From positions 96,001 to 160,000 of the forward strand of contig CAXXFV010000014.1 of assembly GCA_963674595.2 (NCBI GenBank): a DNA stretch of 64,000 nucleotides, given 5' to 3'. The translations under genes were made by a program, and so were the position numbers. The stretch comes from a bacterium (GTDB lineage Bacteria > Zhuqueibacterota > Zhuqueibacteria > Residuimicrobiales > Krinioviventaceae). The notes beneath the pieces were generated by a model, which searched no databases, was not told the origin of the DNA, and was given only the letters and a program-made list of their open reading frames with translations. Each line of letters opens with the position of its first letter. Position 1 is the first letter of the stretch. Positions 50,904 to 62,298 of the stretch are shown here, one piece after another.

Positions 50904-52202
50904 TTAAAACCAAACTCCCAAATCAATAATAAATTCAGTTTCATTGTTATCATTCATAGCACATTCCAGACGGAAAATATCAACATAAGGCAAATGAATA
51001 TGAATGCCCAGTCCAAAACCGGAATATAAATCTTTTACAGATAAATTGTAATCCTTTTTCCAGACAGTTCCCGTATCATAAAAAACAGCGCCGCTTATGC
51101 CAAAGGGTAAATTGCTGCTATAGGCGCCAAGCAAATCACTATTTGTATCCAAATCTATATACTGTATTGGTAAAAGAGGAAAACGCATTTCAGCGCTTGC
51201 TAAAAAGCGGTTATCCCCTTCCATACGCGTATTGAAATATCCCCGTATCCTTTCCGTGTAACCGAGAAATTTACGACTGTAAACAGGAATACCTCCGCCG
51301 GCCAAATCCACTGCCGCACGGACACCTATGGACACCTCTTTGATAACGGGTTGGTATCTGCGAAAATCAAACCCGTATCGAATAAAATCAATTGATTCCA
51401 AATCTGTTGTTTTAACGGCATAGGATTGCAGATACCAGCCTTTTTTCGGGTATTGATGTAAATCACGCGTATCATAACGAAAATCGAAACCCAGGCTGGG
51501 CAACCGATCAACAGTTGTTTTTGACGCCGTTACAGCAGTATATTCGGAAGGAACCTTTAAACTCTGATAACCGCATAATAATGAAAAAAAAGTATGGTAT
51601 CCCCAGCGTTTACCGATTGATACACTTATACCGCGCTGAACCTCATAAAACCGTTCAAACTCTAAACTTTGGCTGCGCATTTTTCTGGCATAAATTTTAA
51701 TATCTGAAAATAATTTAGCACGTCCGCCAAACCAGGGGTTAGAGTAATAAAACTTGACACCGGGATTATAACCAAACCATACAGAACCATCAACAACAGT
51801 ATTTCGCCCGCGAAAATTCTGATGTAAAAGCCCGGCACCATAGGACAGCTTTTTCCAGTCCCGTTCATTTCGATAAACAAAAGGATAAGGAAAAAGATAC
51901 CATCTTTCGGCAACAATAACGATCAAAACCGTTCCGTTTTCACTGGGAACAGGTTGTATTTCCACACGGGTAAATAATTGGGTATTTAACAATCTTTTTT
52001 GGTCTTCAAACAAGAGCTTTGCATTTAAAGTATCCCCTATTTTTGATTTCATTTCCCGCAAGATAACATCACGCTTTGTATGATTATTTCCCACCAGAAT
52101 AATTTCTATTATCTTGGTCGAATCAAAAACATCTTCGAATTCCTGACCATACAAAACACCGACCAATAGAATAAAAATAAAAATGCGTTGTAAAAGCTTC
52201 AT
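50904..52202 (-). CDS. Omp85 (BamA/TamA-like) outer-membrane protein with one POTRA domain
   Basis: GNNHTKRDVILREM, NFRGRN, YDTRD, IRGY, FYDTG; ends in F. Confidence 0.8.
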   Translation of the reverse strand: MKLLQRIFIFILLVGVLYGQEFEDVFDSTKIIEIILVGNNHTKRDVILREMKSKIGDTLNAKLLFEDQKRLLNTQLFTRVEIQPVPSENGTVLIVIVAERWYLFPYPFVYRNERDWKKLSYGAGLLHQNFRGRNTVVDGSVWFGYNPGVKFYYSNPWFGGRAKLFSDIKIYARKMRSQSLEFERFYEVQRGISVSIGKRWGYHTFFSLLCGYQSLKVPSEYTAVTASKTTVDRLPSLGFDFRYDTRDLHQYPKKGWYLQSYAVKTTDLESIDFIRYGFDFRRYQPVIKEVSIGVRAAVDLAGGGIPVYSRKFLGYTERIRGYFNTRMEGDNRFLASAEMRFPLLPIQYIDLDTNSDLLGAYSSNLPFGISGAVFYDTGTVWKKDYNLSVKDLYSGFGLGIHIHLPYVDIFRLECAMNDNNETEFIIDLGVWF

Positions 52203-53356
52203 TATAATTTATTAAAAATCCTAAAAGTTATACGCCAATCATCAATGGAGGTATTTAAGGGTCGGGCAATATCTATTCGTACCAGTCCGTCAATTAACTG
52301 AAGAGAAACGCCTGCATCGTACATCCAGTCAACAGAATTCAGATCATCGAATAGTGAACTTTTTTGTTTCAAACACCAGGCATCACCACCTTCAATGAAA
52401 AGACCCATCATGGTTGATTCTATGGAAGGGACCCAACCCAAAGGTAAGGCCTGAATGATCTGACCCCCAAAATCATAGTAAATTTTCCAGTACAATAAAT
52501 TTTGACCCTGACTGTAATGGTCCGGGAACCCGACTAATCCGCCGATGCCTCCCAATTTGCTGATGTGCTGAGGAGCCAAACTTCCCTTTCCAACACCAAA
52601 TAATGTTCTAAAGATAATTTTTTGTTCGTAAAAGGTTGGTAAATAATAACGGGTGTCAAAAAACATTCCATGTGTTTTAAAATCACCAAATGTTTTCTCA
52701 AATATTCCTTCAAGATAAAATCCCTTATGCGGGAAATAGACGTTATCACGCCAATCCAATAAAACCGATAATTTGAATTTCTGTTCATCCCCTTCAACGA
52801 TGCCGGGATTCGGACGATAGGTTTTACTATTTCCTAAAATAGACGAAGCATAATCGCCGGATTTTTCCATATCCAGATATTTATAATTTTCGTATGTTAA
52901 CCTGACAAAATGTTGAAATTTAACTTGTTTATCAAAAACAATCCGAAACCCTTCTTTACCAAAATAATCCCTAAAGTCCTCATGAAGAAATAACCCAGCC
53001 AAAGAATTTTCCAACTGACCAATCATCCAGTTTTCATTTGTCGCTGTTTCCCTGAAAATACCCGCACGAAACAGCAATCGATTTTGTGCAAAAAATTGTT
53101 TTTCTAATTCACCTGAATATTGCCACTTTTCACTTTCAATACCATAAGCACATCCACCTAACAACTTTAACGATTTGTTTAATGTTGGTTGATAGGCAAT
53201 TCCCACATGCGGGACAATTCCTTCAACACGGTTAAAATAACTTTGTGACCAAAATTCAAAATGTTTCGCTTGAGGGTCATCATCATATTTATCATAACCG
53301 AATTGAGCAAAAGCAACAGAACCATACAATAATAAAATTAAAAATATATTTCTCAT
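52202..53356 (-). CDS. Outer-membrane beta-barrel protein (Omp85/DUF5686-like)
   Basis: FNRVEG, DWRDN..P.KG, LGGIGGLVGF, RIDIARPL. Confidence 0.65.
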   Translation of the reverse strand: MRNIFLILLLYGSVAFAQFGYDKYDDDPQAKHFEFWSQSYFNRVEGIVPHVGIAYQPTLNKSLKLLGGCAYGIESEKWQYSGELEKQFFAQNRLLFRAGIFRETATNENWMIGQLENSLAGLFLHEDFRDYFGKEGFRIVFDKQVKFQHFVRLTYENYKYLDMEKSGDYASSILGNSKTYRPNPGIVEGDEQKFKLSVLLDWRDNVYFPHKGFYLEGIFEKTFGDFKTHGMFFDTRYYLPTFYEQKIIFRTLFGVGKGSLAPQHISKLGGIGGLVGFPDHYSQGQNLLYWKIYYDFGGQIIQALPLGWVPSIESTMMGLFIEGGDAWCLKQKSSLFDDLNSVDWMYDAGVSLQLIDGLVRIDIARPLNTSIDDWRITFRIFNKL

Positions 53357-53458
53357 AAAAAGCCTTAAATATCACACACAAAACATCTGAAAGATCAGTA
53401 AACGATCAAATAAAAAAATGTTTTTATAAATAATTTGATTCAAACAAGATAGATTATT

Positions 53459-53908
53459 TTATTTCTTTAAATTTTTAGTCATCTCAACCCGGGTCCCTCT
53501 TTCACCAAAATAATATTGTACGTCATCCATCAAAGTTCGTACGATAAAAACGCCTCGGCCACTATCTTTGTAGAGGTTTTCAGGAGCTAACGGATCAGCT
53601 ATACCATGAGGATCAAAACCTCTGCCCTCATCCTCAATTGAAATAAACAATTTGGATTTTGAAATTCTGAATTCCAAGTTCACCTGTTTTTTAATATCTT
53701 TTTTATTCCCATGAATAATTGCATTGGCAACAACTTCTGTTATTGCTATTGACAAACTCTCCTGTTCATCTTCGGATAAACCAGCGAGTTTTGCAATTTT
53801 TTCGGCTTCAGCTTCTACAATTCGAATCTGGTCAGGATCGCTCGGAATAGCCATTTTTAAAATTCGGTCTTTTGCCAAAAGCACCTCAAACCATTTTAAA
53901 TTTTCCAC
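53459..53908 (-). CDS. RsbW-like anti-sigma factor / HATPase
   Basis: EVVANAIIHGN, DEGRGFD, SGRGVFIVRTLMDDV. Confidence 0.88.
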   Translation of the reverse strand: MENLKWFEVLLAKDRILKMAIPSDPDQIRIVEAEAEKIAKLAGLSEDEQESLSIAITEVVANAIIHGNKKDIKKQVNLEFRISKSKLFISIEDEGRGFDPHGIADPLAPENLYKDSGRGVFIVRTLMDDVQYYFGERGTRVEMTKNLKK

Positions 53909-53966
53909 AGACTAGCTAATTTTTGCGTTCAATTCAACATCAGGAATCAGAATATATACAAAATAT

Positions 53967-55859
53967 TTATAAAGTCCAATTCAATATCAACTCGATATTA
54001 TTAAAATAATACTTTTTCTGATTTACAGGCTCTACAACATAACGAACAGCATCAAAAAATAAACGGCTCTTTTTTGAAATATTATAATTAAGCCTAAGTA
54101 CGGGTCCGTAACTATTGTATTGCCCCTGTTTTTCTTTAATATTTTCACCATAAATGTTTGTTGAATGCCGCCATTCTGTTCTTTTATGATATCGAAATCC
54201 GGCGTAAAGATTAAAATACAAACTAAACTGGTAATTAAGATATGAATTAATCCAGAGACTATTTCGGGTCAACAGTATTTTTTCTGCCCACTGCTCCCAT
54301 GATAATTGTCCGTTTTCTTCAAGCTGAAGGCGGAAATCACTTAACAACCGGGTCCTCGGCATGAGCTTTATAGCCACAGAATCTTCCATGGCAAACTTGC
54401 GGAATACAAAACTTTTTATAGTAACTGCAGGCTCCTCAAAATCATAATCAACATAATTTGCCAGTACTTCAAATGTTTGCTTTAATTTAAAAGATGATGA
54501 CGGTTGATAATATAACGAAGGTCTTAGTCGAAATATTCTGTTCCAGTTATTATCCGCACTTCGCTCACCGAATATATAAACCATGTGGTACAGGTTTACA
54601 CCAAGCTGCATTTCAAAAAGAAAATCATCCCGAAATTTATGAAAATAAGTTATGTTTGAATTTATTCGCAATTCATCCCTGTCATCAAAATTATTTGTAT
54701 CCGGTGTATCATATTGAAATTTTGACGCTGACATATATGTAGACAAGGAATCTTTTGATGTCAAATGAACATAATTGACCCAGGACAAGGTAGTCCGTTT
54801 GCTTTCATTGTTTGGCGTTACAAATGCTGTGCGCCTGGAAAAAGGAGTAGAGACATTGCCAACATCAATGTCATAGGTTTGTTCCTGTGACCAATATGAA
54901 ATGTTCATTTTACTCAGTAAATCATTTTTTCTATAAACCAAAGCAACAGAGTTTGAAACCTGCTGATCATTCCTTTTTCTCTTTTTTTCATCCGTTGTCG
55001 GGCCAAAAGAACTTACCTGAACATCTTTAAACAAAATCCGACTTGACAAATTTATATCTAAAAACGACGCTGCACGATAGATTAAATTATTTTCAATTCC
55101 ACGATTGTTCTCAGACAAACTCTCCACATCGCCGTATATTGAAGAATAATTATCGCGCTGTTGATTTTGCCAAAAAATCCTGAGAGAATCCGACGTACCA
55201 GGATTAAAAGTCCGGCTTACATGGTACACGGCGAGATGATTGTTGTTGTTCCTGTTTTTATATTTATCATCATCCAGCAACAAACTCAGGCTGTGACGAT
55301 AATCTTCATATTCAATATTTTTTGTTTTAAACTCTAAATTGTAATTAATCCCATTATCGGTTTGTTCAAAACGGGATTCTCTTTTAGGGCCGGCCTTTCC
55401 TGCCAAATAATATTTTACACCGGGATTAAATTGAAAACCCAAATAACCTGAATAAATTCGGCTGTCATTATTATAACCCGATTGCCGGTCCACAAAAATT
55501 ATGGATTGTCCACCGGCTAACAACTGTAAACCGGACAATGGAGAATAGCCAATTTTGAACAATGCATTTTGATCATCCTTCCATTTGTCCTCTTCGGTGC
55601 TAAGCTTTAGCATGGAACTCTTGAAATTCTCAGCCACCAGAAAATATAACTTGGGAGAAAGATTAAAAGATTTGTTTAAATTATAATTCCAGACATACGT
55701 ATTAAATTCCTGACGAAACCCAATTTCACTATTAGGGGCCTGAATACTATTGACTAAAAAAGGAGGTGTTTGTGCAAAAAGAAACCTGCCTAAAATAATA
55801 TCAGACAATATAATAATGACAACCCCCACAAATAACAAACGGAATTTTTGTGCAAACAA
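53967..55859 (-). CDS. Hypothetical outer-membrane beta-barrel protein
   Basis: 630-aa ORF with a signal-like N-terminus and alternating aromatic beta-strand patterns. Confidence 0.6.
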   Translation of the reverse strand: MFAQKFRLLFVGVVIIILSDIILGRFLFAQTPPFLVNSIQAPNSEIGFRQEFNTYVWNYNLNKSFNLSPKLYFLVAENFKSSMLKLSTEEDKWKDDQNALFKIGYSPLSGLQLLAGGQSIIFVDRQSGYNNDSRIYSGYLGFQFNPGVKYYLAGKAGPKRESRFEQTDNGINYNLEFKTKNIEYEDYRHSLSLLLDDDKYKNRNNNNHLAVYHVSRTFNPGTSDSLRIFWQNQQRDNYSSIYGDVESLSENNRGIENNLIYRAASFLDINLSSRILFKDVQVSSFGPTTDEKKRKRNDQQVSNSVALVYRKNDLLSKMNISYWSQEQTYDIDVGNVSTPFSRRTAFVTPNNESKRTTLSWVNYVHLTSKDSLSTYMSASKFQYDTPDTNNFDDRDELRINSNITYFHKFRDDFLFEMQLGVNLYHMVYIFGERSADNNWNRIFRLRPSLYYQPSSSFKLKQTFEVLANYVDYDFEEPAVTIKSFVFRKFAMEDSVAIKLMPRTRLLSDFRLQLEENGQLSWEQWAEKILLTRNSLWINSYLNYQFSLYFNLYAGFRYHKRTEWRHSTNIYGENIKEKQGQYNSYGPVLRLNYNISKKSRLFFDAVRYVVEPVNQKKYYFNNIELILNWTL

Positions 55860-55920
55860 GTCTATAATAGGTCGTCACCTGTATAAAATTCAGATACCAG
55901 TTACTAATATGTAAAGTAAT

Positions 55921-56610
55921 TTAAGACAGGGGTGTTTTGGGCTTTGAATCTTTAAAATATTCATTGGGCACTTTTGTTGGAACAATGGCCCCACCGGATA
56001 TGACAAGCTTTAAAGCTTCTTCAACGGATATTGGTAAAAGTTGCACGTCCTCTTTAGGAACAAACAGTAAAAATCCGGAAGTAGGATTCGGGGTTGTGGG
56101 TAAAAAGATACTGTAAACATCATCCGCTAAACGTTCCTGGACCAGACCGCGGGTATCCTGAGTAATAAAACCAATCGAGTAAATACCTTTTCGTGGATAT
56201 TCTATTAAAGCTGCACGTTTAAATACTTCACTGTGATCAGATAAAAAAGCCTGACTGATTTGTTGAAAGGTAGAATAAATATGCCGAACAACCGGAATAC
56301 GATGTAATAACAGTTCGCTCCATGAAAACAATTTTTTGCCAAAATAATTTTTGGCAATAAAACCGACAACTAAGATTAACAAAATTAAGGCCAGTATACC
56401 CAAACCAGGTATTGTACCAAACTCATTTACTATTCCCAGGCTTTTAAATATGGCCGAAGTCACATACTCGCTCAACAATCCGTCAATTATAACAAATAAT
56501 TGAAAAACAACATAAATAGTTAAAGCCAGCGGTGCAAGCACCAACAAACCTGTAAAAAAATAGCCTTTAATACGGCTATTTAAAAATCTTTTCACTTGTT
56601 TTGGAGACAT
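55921..56610 (-). CDS. DUF502 membrane protein
   Basis: FFTGLLVLAP, IEYPRKG, FLPTTPNPTSGF, ISGG. Confidence 0.9.
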   Translation of the reverse strand: MSPKQVKRFLNSRIKGYFFTGLLVLAPLALTIYVVFQLFVIIDGLLSEYVTSAIFKSLGIVNEFGTIPGLGILALILLILVVGFIAKNYFGKKLFSWSELLLHRIPVVRHIYSTFQQISQAFLSDHSEVFKRAALIEYPRKGIYSIGFITQDTRGLVQERLADDVYSIFLPTTPNPTSGFLLFVPKEDVQLLPISVEEALKLVISGGAIVPTKVPNEYFKDSKPKTPLS

Positions 56611-56632
56611 ATATTTTCAAAATTCTCAATTA

Positions 56633-56929
56633 TTAACGGAATAAAATAATTATCTCGTCCTCTTTTCCATATCCATTTTTATAAGCTTCTTTTTTCAATC
56701 GGGCCATATCGTTTTTTAAACTGTCTAATTCATTTTCAAGCCACTTTTGTTTTGCCTTTTCAATAGCAATGTCCCTTTGAAGTTTTTTGTTTTCTGAATA
56801 AAGTTTGAATTGTCTGATAAAACCTGATTTCCCGGATAGAAAGGAAAATAAAAGTAATAAAATACCAATTCCCCAAAAATATTTTGGTACGAGGAATTTC
56901 GTAAAAAAAGTCGAGAGTGTATTTTTCAT
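56633..56929 (-). CDS. FtsB/DivIC-like septum formation initiator
   Basis: TM segment + coiled coil + A..GY.K.DE; directly downstream of eno. Confidence 0.7.
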   Translation of the reverse strand: MKNTLSTFFTKFLVPKYFWGIGILLLLFSFLSGKSGFIRQFKLYSENKKLQRDIAIEKAKQKWLENELDSLKNDMARLKKEAYKNGYGKEDEIIILFR

Positions 56930-56945
56930 GATGCTAAAACCAGAT

Positions 56946-56975
56946 AAAAAGCCCCAAGGTTAAAAACCTTGAGGC
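56946..56975 (-). terminator. Intrinsic terminator after eno
   Basis: aaaaagccccaaggtt-aa-aaccttgaggc hairpin. Confidence 0.7.
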
Positions 56976-56986
56976 AATAAAAAAAA

Positions 56987-58300
<1,314 letters not shown>

Positions 58301-58420
58301 TTAATTAATATTTTCCTTCAGATTTATTATCTGAAACTAATAAAAAATGTGATCTGTAATATAAAACAAGCAAGGCAAAAATGAAATAATTTTCTTTTGT
58401 AATAATAAAGTAAATAATAA

Positions 58421-59914
58421 TTACAGCAATAAATAAGCTATAAAAGCACCGCTAACAGCACATAAAACATTAACAACATCATTCGTCATCCATGGAAGAC
58501 CACGTGCGTGACGTGTTTCCTGCCCATTACAGTGAATTGTTTTTTCCGTGTTTTTATTACAAACAGGACAGACATTTATCGCTTGTACTGTGGCACCAAG
58601 AATACTGTCCAAAAAACAAGCCGCTATTCCAGCCGTTAAAAGTGCAACACTTTCTTTGAGTCCTAAAATTCCGGGAGAATGATGCGGACCAGATAAACTG
58701 CTCAAGCCAATCAACACCAACGCCCCTAAAACGGCACCCAGGGTACCAAGCAGCGTAATGCCACCTGAGGTACCGGCTGGAACATGTCTAAAGGTAATCA
58801 CAGACCTTGGTGTGCTTTTGGAAAATACACCGATTTCTGTTGCCCAGGTATCTGCCATAACAGATGCCAGAGAAGCGACAAAGAGTAAATAAAATATATC
58901 GTTTTCAGTAAAAAACCAAACCAGAAGCAAAAGACCGGCAACTCCGCCATTAGCAAAAACCTGACAGATATCACGACATCCGCCCTTTTCAACGATATCA
59001 GAGGTGTTTTGTTTCAAATTTTTTCCGACTTTGGAAAGTAAACTGGATAAAATAAAAAAAGCCAATATCGGTATGGTAAAAGCGATCCTGCCGATGCCGA
59101 ATACCAGTGTTCCCAGACAAAAAGTTGCAACAGCACCGGTCGGACTTAGAAATCCGGCCTTAACAGAAATAACAGCAACCAGTAACGCAAGAATGGCTCC
59201 GACAGAAAAACAAAGAATATCACCTGACGAATGAGACACCAGGTAATATAGAGTAAAGGCCGAACCCAGAGGAACTGTTAAATTATCACTGCCTTTATAA
59301 GAAACAAGCTCACAGGCAGTTGCGATAACACCAACGAGAACAGCAATCCATAATCTTGACAAATAGGTAGTTGTTAATTCCTGCTGCAGGGGATACCAGT
59401 TTAGACAGGCAAATACAATTACAACCGTAGAAATAAACATGGTTATCGAACCTTGGATTGATTTTTCATCAGAGCCGAATTTTAACATTTTTGGTGCTTT
59501 GATATTTTGACCGACTATAGCGGCTAGTGCGTCCGCAAGCGCGAGAATGAGCATGGCGGTAATAAGGACAAGCTTGAAATGATCCCAAAGGAAATAGACC
59601 AATATAATAAAAGATGCCGGATAAAACACAGTCCCCCAGGATAATCGGGCAGTCCCATGTATCTCAGGCAACCATTGTTTATAAACAGCAAAAGTAACAG
59701 CTAAAAGAAAAACACCGGCAATTGCCAGCAGCGTCCATTTTGACTGAAAAAAAAACGGTGTTATAGCTATTAAAAGTCCGGTCGTAATATGAACAATTTT
59801 GCGTATTGTTTCCGGGGAGCAGTTGGAAACTCTTTTAATTATTTTGGCAAAAACCAAAACAAAGATTAAAGCCGCAACAAAACAACCTGAAATATACCAG
59901 TCACTCATTCTCAT
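58421..59914 (-). CDS. Fusion of a phytol/dolichol-kinase-like (VTE5-like) domain and a DUF92 (VTE6-like) domain
   Basis: N-half RKIVH, ADALAAIVG, KSIQGS, DNLTVP. C-half QVFANGG, ADTWATEIG, GTSGGITLLGT, DSILGATVQ, NDVVN. Confidence 0.85.
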   Translation of the reverse strand: MRMSDWYISGCFVAALIFVLVFAKIIKRVSNCSPETIRKIVHITTGLLIAITPFFFQSKWTLLAIAGVFLLAVTFAVYKQWLPEIHGTARLSWGTVFYPASFIILVYFLWDHFKLVLITAMLILALADALAAIVGQNIKAPKMLKFGSDEKSIQGSITMFISTVVIVFACLNWYPLQQELTTTYLSRLWIAVLVGVIATACELVSYKGSDNLTVPLGSAFTLYYLVSHSSGDILCFSVGAILALLVAVISVKAGFLSPTGAVATFCLGTLVFGIGRIAFTIPILAFFILSSLLSKVGKNLKQNTSDIVEKGGCRDICQVFANGGVAGLLLLVWFFTENDIFYLLFVASLASVMADTWATEIGVFSKSTPRSVITFRHVPAGTSGGITLLGTLGAVLGALVLIGLSSLSGPHHSPGILGLKESVALLTAGIAACFLDSILGATVQAINVCPVCNKNTEKTIHCNGQETRHARGLPWMTNDVVNVLCAVSGAFIAYLLL

Positions 59915-60320
59915 TTAAAAAGTATTGTATTCTATATTTTGTTAATATTTATTCCAGATAACCTAATGTTAACATATCCCCAAGTTATCCACAAATTCAA
60001 AAAATAATTAAATTGTAAAAATCAATCACAAAATTATTTTTTAATAGATGAACTCAATTATTATACTTAGATCGATTCTTTACGCAACAACAAGGCAAAA
60101 TTTTAGCAATAAATATGCTATTGTTTTATATAGAGATAAGAAACAGCCAACCTCTTAACTCCATATTTTTCAACAATCATTTTTATAAAAAAAAGTCCCC
60201 GCAAAAACAAAAATTCCGGCCTTATTCGTATATTAGAAAAGTTAGACTAATAACAAAAAGTTATTCACATTTTATCAATATTCTTCAATTTCAATATTGA
60301 AATTAAATCAGCATCTGCTA

Positions 60321-61295
60321 TCAGTTTATATTCAACTTTGTACGGAAATGCTGAATAACATGAGTTAATATTTCGTCCAGTTGTACTTTAGGATCATATC
60401 CGATGGTTTTACGTGCTTTTGAAAGATCGGGAATTCGAATCCGCATGTCTTCAAATCCCTCTTCATAAGCCTGGTCGTAAGGTATATAAACAATTTCGGA
60501 TTTAGAGTTGGTCATTTTCACAATCTTTTCAGCCAGTTCTGAAATTGAAATCCCTTTGTCATTACCGATATTAAATACCTGGCCGACGGTTTCCGGGGTT
60601 TCCATTAGTCTAATAGAAGCGGCAACAACGTCCTGAACATAGGTAAAACAACGGACCTGCTTCCCATCACCATGAACAGTAATGGGTTCATTTTTTAGGG
60701 CCTGTGTTACGAATCGTGGGATGACCATTCCATATTGGCCTGTTTGCCGCGGACCGACTGTATTAAACAAGCGCATAATCACAGTTTCCAGGTTCTTTTC
60801 TTTATAATAGGCAAGCGCCAAAAACTCATCAATTGCCTTGGAACAGGAATAACTCCACCTGCTTTTTGTGGTCGGGCCCAACACACGATCAGCCTCTTCA
60901 TGAAAAGGGACATCTTCGCTTTTGCCGTATATTTCCGATGTTGATGTAATGAGCACTTTACGAAGGTATCGGCTAGCCAATCGTAATACCACATCCGTAC
61001 CTAATATATTTCGTTCTATAGTTTCTACCGGACTCTTGACGATCAATTCCACACCGACCGCAGCCGCCAGATGGTAAATAACATCACATTCACTCACCAA
61101 CCGGTCCATAACTGTTTCATTTAAAATATTTTCCACAGTAAGGTAAAAGTTGGGATTGCTTCTAAGATGATTGATATTTTCCAGACTGCCTGTCGAGAGA
61201 TCATCAATAACACATACTTTATAACCTTTTTCCAGCAATCTCTCAGCAAGATGAGAACCGATAAAACCGGCCCCACCCGTTATTAAAACCTGCAT
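60321..61295 (-). CDS. NAD-dependent nucleotide-sugar epimerase/dehydratase
   Basis: ITGGAGFIGSH, STSEIYG, YSCSK, RLFNTVGPRQ. Confidence 0.92.
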   Translation of the reverse strand: MQVLITGGAGFIGSHLAERLLEKGYKVCVIDDLSTGSLENINHLRSNPNFYLTVENILNETVMDRLVSECDVIYHLAAAVGVELIVKSPVETIERNILGTDVVLRLASRYLRKVLITSTSEIYGKSEDVPFHEEADRVLGPTTKSRWSYSCSKAIDEFLALAYYKEKNLETVIMRLFNTVGPRQTGQYGMVIPRFVTQALKNEPITVHGDGKQVRCFTYVQDVVAASIRLMETPETVGQVFNIGNDKGISISELAEKIVKMTNSKSEIVYIPYDQAYEEGFEDMRIRIPDLSKARKTIGYDPKVQLDEILTHVIQHFRTKLNIN

Positions 61296-61402
61296 TTAAT
61301 TGTACCTTCTTTTATGTTAAATAATAAATTCAAATTGACACACAAGGTAAAAAATCAACTCCACATTTCCAAACAAGAAATTCAGATCGTTTTAAGGTTA
61401 TA

Positions 61403-61438
61403 AAAAAAAAGCTTTTCCTTATACAAAGGAAAAGCTTT
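61403..61438 (-). terminator. Intrinsic terminator
   Basis: aaagcttttcctt-N-aaggaaaagcttt hairpin with an A-run. Confidence 0.75.
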
Positions 61439-61455
61439 ATCAGAAAAAGCAGAGA

Positions 61456-62214
61456 TTACCGGAAATTTATTCCAGCTCCCAGATTAAATCCTTTAAACTC
61501 ACCCAACGTATAATCAGCATTAACATGCAATAACGGCAGATTGATAACTAATCCGGCTGTTCCATGAAAAGTGGTGCTGCTGTAAGATTCTTTAGTAGAA
61601 CCGAGTTCGAGATCAAGGTTCGTTCTATCAACACCCGCGCCAATGTAAACTTCAAATAAAGATAATAAATCCTGACTGACAATCCCCTTCAGACTCATTG
61701 AATTTACAGCTCCAAAGGCATAGTCATCAGGTACATAAAATCCATTATAAATGGCCATAACAGCAACTTTTGGCAAAGCCGGCAATTGTAATAATCCTTT
61801 TTTAAGCCCAACACCAAAAAGAGTAACGGCATCATCTGTTTCGCCTCCGCCTATCGGGTAACGAAAAACACGACCGGTTACTTCAAAACCAAGCGGTAAA
61901 CCCAGGCTGCCGTGCAGAAAAGGCATTGCAACGAAATCGACATTTTCAAAAGGGTGACCAACCATATCTTTATATTTACTGGGGATAAATACGGCTACAC
62001 CACGCAAGCCAACATCAAAACCGCCAATCGAATGCACATCAGCCGTATGAAAATAACCACCGGCAGAAAAAGCACTAAACATATCCAAAACCTGTTCTAC
62101 TTCTTTTTCATCAATTTGAATAAAAACAGGGCTTTTGGCTGAAACAGGAAAGGCAATAGCTAAAATTAATACAAAAATAACTGGTAACAAAATTTTCTTC
62201 ATAACCACCTCCAA
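61456..62214 (-). CDS. Outer-membrane beta-barrel protein (DUF6588-like)
   Basis: Signal peptide; GYFHTA, GFDVG, LGLPLGFEV; terminal GINFR. Confidence 0.6.
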   Translation of the reverse strand: MEVVMKKILLPVIFVLILAIAFPVSAKSPVFIQIDEKEVEQVLDMFSAFSAGGYFHTADVHSIGGFDVGLRGVAVFIPSKYKDMVGHPFENVDFVAMPFLHGSLGLPLGFEVTGRVFRYPIGGGETDDAVTLFGVGLKKGLLQLPALPKVAVMAIYNGFYVPDDYAFGAVNSMSLKGIVSQDLLSLFEVYIGAGVDRTNLDLELGSTKESYSSTTFHGTAGLVINLPLLHVNADYTLGEFKGFNLGAGINFR

Positions 62215-62298
62215 GCTAAGGTGTACTATAGAAACATGAATTTAGGTAAATATATTAATTATCTGGTATTATGTCAACATCAAACTCAATTTATTTTC

